A DNA stretch of 64,000 nucleotides, taken from Piromyces finnis finn. Lineage: Eukaryota > Fungi > Neocallimastigomycota. The notes under the pieces are model-generated. The model made no database searches. It was not told the origin of the DNA and worked only from the letters and a program-made list of their open reading frames with translations. Both the position numbers and the translations under genes were made by a program. This document shows, one piece after another, positions 29,501 to 39,700 of the stretch. The stretch lies in contig MCFH01000051.1 in assembly GCA_002104945.1 (NCBI GenBank), positions 337,683 through 401,682 of the forward strand, written 5' to 3'. Within the stretch, counting starts at the first letter, position 1, and each line of letters begins with the position of its first letter.

Positions 29501-32228
29501 TAATACAATAATTCATTGTATTAACAGTTCTTTCATAGAGAGTAGTTATATTTTCTATATCCCCAAATGACAATATTTGAAATCTATCTTGTAATAAATT
29601 CCTATTTTTATCGATTTCTTTTTCATAGAGATTATACATTGATTCTATTTGATTCATACAAAATTCTAAATTTCTCAATTTTTTAATAATATTATTAACA
29701 ACTTCTCTAGTTTTCTTAATATAAGAAACATTTATAAAATTCTTATTATCTTTTTGTAAATCATTTAATTTAATAATATTTTGTAACAATTCTAATTCAT
29801 CAGTTAAACCAACATTAAAAACATCTTCCTCTTTAATTACTTTGCTTTCTAACTTTTCTATAATTTTTATTTTAATCTTTTCTGATTTAGTTTGTTTCAA
29901 AGTTTCTATTACCTTATTATCGGACATATCATTGATATTTATAATCAACTTTTCACATAAGCTTTCACTTATATCATCTGAAAAGTTATCTATAATAAAT
30001 AAAAATAAATGATTTACTTCACGTTCATTTAAAACATTTTTAGTATTTTTTATAATACTTTTAGCACAATAATCCCTATTATCAGAAACTAATTTATATA
30101 AAGTATATATAATAATTTCAATCTCACAGAATTCCATACCATTTCTTTCCAAATCTTTCCCAAAAATATCTACTAGATTTTTAATGATATCTTCACTTTG
30201 TCTTGGAATTGATTCAATATTAAAAATTTTATATAATTTTGTTAAATGATTGTACGTTTTAGCATTCTTTACTAAAGATGAAATAAAAACATTATAATTT
30301 TTATTAAATTGTTTTTTATAATCATATGGATCATTAATATTGCCAATAAATTTTTTACAGAAATCTTCATTAATTTCATCTAAATTAATAAATTTTATAA
30401 GAGAAGCAATTCTGGGATCACTCTTATGTTCTTTATATGATACTTTAACATCTTCTTGTAAATAATTAAGTATTTCTATATTATTCCATTTATGTTTTTC
30501 AATTAATGATTTTCCTAAATCATGAAGTGCATTATATACTTTTTCTAAAATCTTTTTAAATAATGGAATATTCGTATCGTCATATTTTAATATAATATTT
30601 TTTAATTCATTTAATTTATTATAATCTTCCTCCTTTGTTTTCAATACATTAATTAGCATTAAAAATTTTCTTTCGATAGTATCATAGTCACTCTTTTCCA
30701 GTTGTACATTCATTTCAATTAATTCATTAATAAACGATTCTAATAATTTAATATTAGTTTTACCATCTAATTCTGGTATTTTATCGAATTTTATTTTTAC
30801 ACACTTATTTATAATATCCTTTTTTACAGAACAGAAGAACGAAATATATTCATTACTATTAGAAGCTAAGATCAATACATCATTTATTGAGGTTTCTTCT
30901 TTATTAGCTTTTTCATAGATCATTTTTAAATTTTCACATTTTAAATTCGAAAATATATTTTTATTCTTTCTAATAAAATTCAAAATTTCTTTCTTCTTTT
31001 GTATTTTAACGTAAATGTCATTAAAATTCTTTATATGATAAATTTGATTATATATTAATAAAAAGAAGAGTATGTTTTCGCGATTAATATCATCACTATT
31101 ATATAAATCGAATTTATCTATAATCTTTTTATAAGGATTTATATTTATATTTATATCTTTTCTTATTCTAATTTCATTTTTTTTTATCAAACTTGATAAA
31201 ATATTATTTAATAATTCTTTTACTTCTTTTGATAAATTATTAATAGAGATTTCATTATATAATAAAGTTTCAATATAAATTAATACATATTCAAAATCTA
31301 TTTTTTTCTGATCAATAATGGTAGCTTTACTTTCTTCCAATAAATATAGAACTAAAAGATCCAATTTTTCTCTAATCAAATACTCTTTATAAATAATAAA
31401 TTTCTGCATATTTGAAAGACCATACTTATTTATTATAAAATTCTTGGATTCATTATTATTCTTAAATTTATTACACATTTTTTTATTATTCCTTTATTTT
31501 ATCAATAACTATATAAGACATTGAATAAACAAATTTTTGTTGATACCTTTTTATACTTATACTTGACTTTGATTGGAATATTTCTTTATTATAGTCAAAC
31601 TCAATTTTAATCCAATCTTCATCATTTTCCAATTCAATATTTGCTATAAATAAAAAAATACTTTTATCTTTAAAAGAATTATTAAATTCATCAACCTTCA
31701 ATATCGATTCACTTTTATTTCTCATAATTTTATTATTTTTAGACGAAATTAGTACCAAATCTTGTTTCAAAATTTTAATATTATTTTTTGATTTTTCTGA
31801 TATAATATTAAAATTATTAAATTTCAAATCTTCGGAGCCAGAAATAACTAAATATATTGTTGTGTTTTGAATATCTTTTTCTTTCTCTTTTCTTATATCT
31901 TCTTCTTCGTCTCCACTTGATTTTTCTACATGATTTTCACCATTATTTGAAAATTGATTATCAAGATTACCTGATTTAGTATAATCCTTATCAATATTAT
32001 GTATCTGATCATTATCTTGATAATATGAAGAACTTCCATTTTGAGATGTCAAATCAGAATTGTTAGAGTTATTACTATAACCGTTAATGAATCTCGAATT
32101 ATAGCATGTTCGCTCGTCTAAATAGCTGTTTTCACTTTCACTTGAATTTCTCCCCAAATATCATCTTCACTATCGCTTACATCTATAATGTCATATATGT
32201 TATTGTCACTATATTTGCCATAATCCAT
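17600..32228 (-). CDS. RNF213: RNF213/mysterin-like giant AAA+ ATPase with RZ-finger E3 module, about 4,850 aa; ORF track pieces 31486-32157, 28590-31478, 28075-28479 and 17600-27964 are most likely one gene
   Basis: Motifs in RNF213 order: STIVHGRQF, SGLGKST, MGETGCGKT + FFDEINT, FIAACNPYR, VSLREIRR, GKPGCSKS + YFDEMGLAE, FIGISNW, SKMNR, HGTRDFYHLIK, YPSLYDLFNQN, PPFINRFEKH, and RZ finger YICSCG...C...CSFC..IIGGTNH. ATG at 32228 (MDYGKYSD). Breaks at ~32155 and ~28610 are restored by homopolymer lengths seen in the other arm. The break at ~28080 needs one extra A. The ~31480 junction is unresolved (short intron or error). Confidence 0.85.
19808..19921 (-). other. RZ-type zinc finger (RNF213/ZNFX1 family) within the giant ATPase
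   Basis: VYICSCGKSYYIDNCTQPNSTSNCSFCKKIIGGTNHRL fits the Y-x-C...C-x-P...C-x2-C-x3-I-G-G-x2-H pattern. Confidence 0.85.
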
Positions 32229-32704
32229 TTTCAATTATTTTTTTTTATTTTATATAATGCTATAATGTTATAGTCTTTTAATTTTCATTGATTTAATAAT
32301 AAAAAATTATTTATTTAAATGCATTTATATTCACTAATAAATCAATAAATAAAAAAGAATAAGAAAAGAGAAAAAAGTTTAGAAATATTAAATAGTTATG
32401 TATTTTTCAAATGACTGCTTTTTTTATTAATAATTTGGACATATAAATATAACTTTTTGATTTTCATAAACATACAAATAATATATTTAAAATAAATTGT
32501 ATTATATATAACAGGTTCAAATAAATGCATTGTTGGTCTTTATATTTTATTTATCAAGACCTATGAATATATTAACTCAAAATTCAAAATGACCATTTAT
32601 TTCAGAATTTTATTGGATGTAAAAATGAAATTTTAATTTTTCAATTGAAAAAAAGATATAAATATTGGACATAATATATCTTATTAAGCATATTATATAA
32701 AATA

Positions 32705-32891
<187 letters not shown>

Positions 32892-33532
32892 TTATTAGAG
32901 ATAGTTATTTTTTATTTACTTTATTTTATATTTTATATGGTCACATGGCCGTATATATGATATGGGTTGATTTTATGTTAATTTTATGTTATTTTATGTT
33001 AATTTTATGTAGAAAGAATTTAACACGTGTATATCTTATTTTTATGTATTAAATTACCATTTTTATAATTATTTCTAAACTTAAAATGTGGTACATGCAT
33101 TTTTTTTTTTTTTTTTTTTGGTTTTACCACATTTATATGGTTAAGCAAAAAAATTTTTAAAAAAATTTTATACTTGATCATTTTATAATTTTTTATCAAA
33201 AAAAAAAACTTTAAATGTATATTACACATTTTCTAATTATAATAATTATTACATTATAGCTAAGAAAAAAAAAAGTATATAAATAATGAAAATTTCTTTC
33301 AAAATATTTTAAAATACATCAAATTATTAGTTTATTTGCTTATTTATATTTTATTATAAATAAACAATAAAAAAACAATTCTTTCTTATATTTTTTATCA
33401 CTTTTAAAAAGGTTTTAATTATTTTAAAATTATTCAAATAATTTTTGGTTTCATTTTAAATAAAAAGAAATCAAATAAATTTTATATTCTAATATAACTT
33501 AAAATAAAAAAAAAAATCATTTTGTTAATCCT

Positions 33533-33601
33533 ATTTTGATTTTGATTTTGATTTTGATTTATATTTCGATTTTAATTTTGATTTTAATTTTGATTTTTGA
33601 A
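33533..33601 (+). repeat. Degenerate (TTTTGA)n array immediately upstream of the DUF2828 ATG
   Basis: TTTTGATTTTGATTTTGATTTTGATTT...TTTTAATTTTGATTTTAATTTTGATTTTTGA ends about 10 nt before ATG 33612. Confidence 0.85.
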
Positions 33602-33611
33602 AATAATTAAA

Positions 33612-35126
33612 ATGATGGCTACTATCGCTACTATCGATAATAATAATCTTTCATACACCGAAAATGGTGCTATTGGTTACAAAACTTCTGGAAAAGATTT
33701 ATTGGATATTAATTTTGCTATCTCTTCCATGAGAAATATGGATGAAAGTCAAATCATAGAAAAATATATTAAGGCTTTTAATGAAGAAAATATGTTAGCT
33801 GTTAAATGGTTGTTTTATGCTAGAGATTGTAGAAGCGGTGTTGGTGAAAGAAGACTTTTCAGAATTTGTTTAGATTATTTAGAAAAAAATCATCCAGAAA
33901 TTGTTCGTGCTTTATTAAGTTTGATTCCTGAATATGGTCGTTGGGATGATTTATTTGCTTTATTAAAAGGTCAATTAAAATCTGAAGTTTTCAAAGTTAT
34001 CAAGGATCAACTCGAAGAAGATAAAAAGAATATGAGTGAAAACAAACCTATTTCACTTTGCGCTAAATGGATGCCTTCCATAAATACCTCTTCAAAAACA
34101 ACTAGACAATTGGCAAGATTACTAATTAATGAATTTAAATATAATGATAAGAAATATAGAAAGATGCTTTCTCAAATGAGATCATTCTTAAAGGTAGTGG
34201 AAGTTTCAATGAGCGCAAAGAAATGGAGTGAAATCAATTATTCTGCTGTTCCTTCAAGAGCAAATCTCATTTATAATAAGGCTTTCCTCAAAAACGATAC
34301 TATAAGAAGAAAAGAATTCCTCGAAAAGTTGAAAAAGGGTGAAACTAAAATTAATTCTCAAGTCTTATTCCCTCATGACATTGTAAATAAGTATGGTTCA
34401 TCTAACAACGTAGATGATACTTTGGAAGAACTATGGAAAGGATTACCGGATTATGTAAATGGAAATGGAAACACTATTTGTGTTGCTGATAGTTCCGGTA
34501 GTATGTGCTGCAATGCTTCTCCAAACTCATCAGTAACTTGTATGCAAGTTGCATTCTCATTAGCTGTATACTTTGCTGAAAGAAGTTCTGGAAGATATAA
34601 AGACAAATATATTACTTTTAGTTCAAGTCCTAGTCTTGTTGATCTCAGTGGTGCAAATACCTTGAAAGATAAATTAAGAATTATTAATAATCATTGTTAT
34701 TGTAGTAATACTAATTTGGAAGCTGTTTTCAATTTGATTTTAGATTTTGCTGTTGATAATCAATTACCTCAAGAAGAACTTCCTTCTAACATTCTTATTC
34801 TTTCAGATATGGAATTTGATTCAATGGTTGATTTTGGCAGCTATCAACGTAGTCAACGAGAAGCTTTCTTCTCAATAATGAAAAGAAAATTCAAAAGCAA
34901 AGGATATTTAATTCCAAGATTAGTTTTTTGGAATATCAATAGTCGAACTGGAACTATCCCGGTTAAAGAAAATGAATTAGGGGTAGCATTAGTTAGTGGA
35001 TTCAGTCCAGCAATCATAAAAATGGTTCTCAGTAATAAGACCGATCCATTTGAATGTCTCTTAGAACAACTTAATTCCGAAAGATATCAACCAATTGAAG
35101 ATGCCTTAAAAGATTTAATAAAATAA
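33612..35126 (+). CDS. DUF2828-family protein (helical TROVE-like region + C-terminal vWA domain), intronless, ~504 aa
   Basis: TENGAIGYKTSGKDLLD, KWLFYARDCRSGVGERRLFR, IPEYGRWDDL, SLCAKWMPS, YSAVPSRA, LFPHDIV, MIDAS-type ICVADSSGSM, LILSDMEFD, LVFWNINS, LVSGFSP. True ATG at 33612; the track used an upstream TTG. Confidence 0.9.
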   Translation: MMATIATIDNNNLSYTENGAIGYKTSGKDLLDINFAISSMRNMDESQIIEKYIKAFNEENMLAVKWLFYARDCRSGVGERRLFRICLDYLEKNHPEIVRALLSLIPEYGRWDDLFALLKGQLKSEVFKVIKDQLEEDKKNMSENKPISLCAKWMPSINTSSKTTRQLARLLINEFKYNDKKYRKMLSQMRSFLKVVEVSMSAKKWSEINYSAVPSRANLIYNKAFLKNDTIRRKEFLEKLKKGETKINSQVLFPHDIVNKYGSSNNVDDTLEELWKGLPDYVNGNGNTICVADSSGSMCCNASPNSSVTCMQVAFSLAVYFAERSSGRYKDKYITFSSSPSLVDLSGANTLKDKLRIINNHCYCSNTNLEAVFNLILDFAVDNQLPQEELPSNILILSDMEFDSMVDFGSYQRSQREAFFSIMKRKFKSKGYLIPRLVFWNINSRTGTIPVKENELGVALVSGFSPAIIKMVLSNKTDPFECLLEQLNSERYQPIEDALKDLIK

Positions 35127-35837
35127 ATCTTTTTTTATTTTTATTTTATTTTATTTATATTATTTTATATTTAAATTATTATTAAATGTATTTTATATAG
35201 TATATATCTAGTTTTTTTTTTTAAAAATCTATAAATTACTTTACTTTCATGTATATATTTGTATTATTTTTTTATCATTATTCATTAATCCACTTATATG
35301 TATCATAATTACTTTTATTTTTAAATTAATATAACAACAAGGCGAATAATAAAAAAAATACTATCTTTAAAAAAATTTAATTAGTTATTAGGTATATTAT
35401 TTTTTTCTTAGTGTTGATGAATATTTTTTTTATATATAATTTTATGGAAAAATTCTTATTTTAAAGTAATTATTAAATATTTATTGTATTGTTAATTAAA
35501 ATTAAATAATAAATATATGTTGTATGTTGCTATTCATAAACTAATTTAGAATATATAAAGTAACAGAAAGATATATAATAAAATTATTTGGAAAAGATAT
35601 TTATTAAAATATTATATCCAATCTTAAAATATTACTTATTACCAAAGTCTAAAAAAAAAACTTGAAATATTAAAATATCTTTTTATAGTAAAAGATTAAT
35701 ATGAATTGTTAGTACGTGCATAGTTATATCATTTACACCCTTTATGCCCTAATTTCAAAAGATTTGAATGTTCTATAATTATATCAGAAAAATAGAAATA
35801 TTTCAAAAATTTTGATAGTCTCTATTTACTATGATTT

Positions 35838-36084
35838 CCCTCTTGGGAACGTGCCTTCATTTATTTAATAAATGTAGTTTCTCAAGGGGGTCTACTCATG
35901 CTCATGGTACTGAGAGAGTAGAAAGAATTAAATCCAAGTATTGCGCAATGGATGCTTGGTGCCCTCTTAGGAATGTGCCTTCATTTATTTAATAAATGTA
36001 ATTTCTCAAGGGGGTCTACTCATGCTCATGGTACTGAGAGAGTAGAAAGAATTAAATCCAAGCATTGCGCAATGGATGCTTGGT
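35838..36084 (+). repeat. Two tandem 124-bp monomers (35838-35961, 35962-36084), each with three predicted hairpins
   Basis: CCCTCTT(G/A)GGAA(C/T)GTGCCTTCATTTATTTAATAAATGTA(G/A)TTTCTCAAGGGGGTCTACTCATGCTCATGGTACTGAGAGAGTAGAAAGAATTAAATCCAAG(T/C)ATTGCGCAATGGATGCTTGGT occurs twice. Confidence 0.95.
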
Positions 36085-36195
36085 TAGTCTTCAAGGGAAA
36101 ATTATTAGGACTAAGCTCATGGTACTGTGCGATTAAAAAACATTTTATTCATCAAATTTAAGTATTTGATGAATAAGTGAATGTTTGATTTTCAG

Positions 36196-36536
36196 GTAAG
36201 TTTGTATAGTATTTAATTAGAAGAGTAATACATTTTGTTGCTGTATTTTTTCTTTTATTCATGTATTCATGTAGTACTACTCTTCTCTTGTAAGAATCCA
36301 ATGTAGTCAACTTTAGCATTTGCATTGTACTTTTATATTCATGTAGCTATTGTTGTATTGTTTCTTGTAAGAGACTGATTCACTCTACATCATGTAAAAA
36401 TACTATTCACAAGCTTTCTGGTGTCGACATTCTTGATTCAAATTTTTTACAAATTTAAATATTTAATGAAAAGTAAAGTCAAACAAGTTTAGTGTCAAAA
36501 AGCGAATCGAATTTACTAACAACAAACCAAAACTAG
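36196..36536 (+). other. Candidate spliceosomal intron in the retroelement 5' leader
   Basis: CAG|GTAAGT donor at 36196, TACTAAC branch at 36514-36520, CTAG acceptor ending at 36536. All three are retained in the inverted copy. Confidence 0.45.
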
Positions 36537-36726
36537 AATTTTTAAAGAAAATTTACAACTAGAATTCAAAAAAAAGAAACTTTAAACAAAGCATCGTAAC
36601 AATTTTTGTACTATCCAGTACTTTTAAGAAGAGAGAGAGAGACAGATTTTTTTCCATATACGTTATATTTATAATTTTTATTAGTATTTATTTTATATTC
36701 AATATTTTTAATTAGAATTTATTATC

Positions 36727-39700
36727 ATGTCAGTCCTTTATATTAAAGATAAGAATTATATCAGACGTGGTACCCGGTCTTATGGTATCCCCTTAGATGA
36801 TATTCGCTCCTTCTTTATCCGTGGTATTCGATCATGGTCAGTAAATATGCTATGGGAAAAACTCGAGGTTATTCTAGAAGATAAATTTAATTCAGTTATT
36901 AGTGTTAAATATTTTCAAACTTTCAATGATCACTTTTTCTTAGTCAAGGTTCATGGTTCATCAAAAGATTGTATTAAAATCTTACACATGTTAAAGAAGA
37001 AACTTTCAGTTACCTCAATTTCCTTTTCAGCTCGTAGTAGAAGGAATCACAAATACACTTTTTCCACTCTCAAACGTAAAATTTTAGTTTCTAATAAACA
37101 TCAACATTCTATTCAACAATCATTTCAACAATCAGTTCAACAATCTCATCAACAATCCGATCTTCAACAAGATCTTCAACAAGTTTCCAATCATGAAAAT
37201 ATTCCAGATCTACAGCAAACACAATTTCAATCTCAACATTCAACAATTAATTCTAATAGCTCTATCAACTCTGTAACAGTTCAATAGTTGATAGTTCTTC
37301 AGTTTCACAGCCATCTAGTAATAGTTCTACTTATTCCTCTGATGCATCATCCATTAATAATGATGACCTTGATAATAATAATAATAGCAACGATTCTTCC
37401 TCATCCAACAAGCCTGATAACTTTTCTTTTTGTCTTAGTTGGAACACCAATGGGTGGAATCATGAAAAGAGAGATAGTATTAGCTATTTCACAGCTATTT
37501 TCAAACCATTATTCTTATGTTTCCAAGAAACTGGTAATGGTTCTGGATCGAATACAGATTATCCTTGTCGTGTTACTTTGCGAAACTATAGACACTTTTT
37601 CAAGAAAGCTGACGAATCAGTTCCTGGAATGAGAGGTTTATATTTAGGTTTTCACAATTCGTGTCAAGCCTCACTTGAAAACTTCTCTGGAAAGTATATT
37701 ATTTCTATTTATACTTTTAGTCTCTGGAATAGATTCAAATGCTCGATTGGAAATGTTTATATGCCTCATAGTCATCACAACATCTATGTTGATCATGCAA
37801 AGTTAGAAGTTCGCTTGTGGTTACAAACTCATTCATCCCATCCATCGATTCTTGTTGGTGATTTTAATATGTCTAAAGTAAAATTATCCAACTGGTTATC
37901 AACTAATGGATTAGGAGATTGGGAAATTCTTCCGCTTAGAGGGTCTACTATCTCTTGGACTCGAGGTGATCAATCTTCCGACATTGACCATGCTCTTATC
38001 AATTCGAAGATGAAAGATCTTATTCACTCAGGATCATTTATAAATAATTTTTATCCGTATCAGACCATAAGCCACTTCTTATTAATGGTAAAATTATTCC
38101 TATGGAAGATTTTTCTAATGACTTTAACGTTCCTAAGAAAATTCTGAAATGGAATAGATTAAAATGTATTGAGGAAAAGGAATCTATTCTAGTCATAATA
38201 AATTCCAAATCTTTCAGCAATATTCAACGATCCTAATGTTTCTACAGATGAACTTTCCAAAGAATTTACTTCAACTGCTTTTTCAATTGCAGACGAGCTC
38301 AGTATTACCTCAGCAAATAATGTTATAAAGTCTTCATTTCATATTTCACAACAAATTTTTAATCTTCAAAAAATCAAAATGAAGTTGTATAAGAGATTTA
38401 AAAAAGAAAGAATTTATGATATAGATGAATTTATTAAAAGAATTAAAATCTACCGTAAACTCATTGATTACATCCACAAAAGATGTAATGAATTTAGGAA
38501 GCAAGAATATCTTCATTGGATTAAAACAGGATGTGAGTATATGAAGAGTCATAATCCTAAGAAGGCCTGGAAATGGATCAAGAAAACTGCAAAAATTGGA
38601 AAAGATTCTTTCTTTATTGCTCAACCAATTAAAAATAAAAATGGAGAATTAGTTGTTGCTACGGAAGAACAACTAGATGTGTGGCATGATCATTTCGAAA
38701 ATCTTGCATCAGACCCAAGTGGTGTAAGTCTTGATTTGGAGCATTGGTATGAAGAACCAACGAATAAACGTTTTTCACTTCCTATGCTTGATGAGTGGGA
38801 TATCAACCAAGATATTAGTATTGATGAAGTCAAGTCAGCTATCCTCACTACTCCAAATTATAAAGCATCAGGTCCGGATGGTATTCCAATTGAATTTTAC
38901 AAAGCATTAGTTCCATCAAGTAATGATTCTAATAATGCTACAGATAATAATTCTTCTGGTAATACTACTTCAGATAATGATGCTCATGGTTTAAATTTTA
39001 TTCTTAAATTATTCAACCGTATTTGGGATGGAGATTTCCCCAACTCATGGAATGAATCCAGTATTGTTTCTATTCCTAAGAAGGGAGATTTGACAGATTG
39101 TGATAACTATCGAGGTATATCACTTATCAATAATGGTATTAAGTTGATTTCCAAAATTGTCACCACTAGAATCTCAGAATATGGTTTAAAGAATAATTTC
39201 ATTAGACCTGAACAATTTGGTTTTCGAAAAAAGGAAGAAAGTATTAGTCTTTTCATTTCAATCCAAGAAATATGCCGTAGACGTCAATTAGATAATAAAG
39301 AGACATATTTGGCCTTTTTAGATCTCAGGAAAGCATACGATTCAGTCCCAATCGGTAATATTCTCCATAAATTAGATTGTTTAGGAATCCGAGGTAAGAG
39401 TCTACAATTTATCAAAAATTTATATTTAACATCTAAGGCTAATGTCAAATTAGATGGACAATTCTCGAAATCTTTTGATGTGAAGAAAGGAGTCCGTCAA
39501 GGTTGCCCTCTTTCTCCTATTCTCTTTAATCTCTTTATTAATGATATATTTAGAGAGTGCGAAGATCTAGGAGTCAGTTTAGGTGACACTCGATGCTGTG
39601 GTGGACTTTTTGCAGATGATATAGTTATTTGTGCTCCAACAAGAGGATGCTTAAAAAAGATGCTTAGAAGAGTTAATGAATGGGCATTGTATAATGAAAT

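Noticed and set aside
35838-36084. CRISPR array or LTR
   Set aside because: Contiguous 124-bp units with no unique spacers and no cas genes; there is no matching repeat at the element's 3' end, and the RT is non-LTR type.
35838-36130. Hammerhead, twister or HDV ribozyme, or a Y RNA partner for DUF2828
   Set aside because: CTGAGAG..GAAA deviates from the CUGANGA core. By eye I found no twister core, no HDV nested pseudoknot and no Ro-binding GGUCCGA/UUGACC stem. Kept only as an unclassified structured leader.
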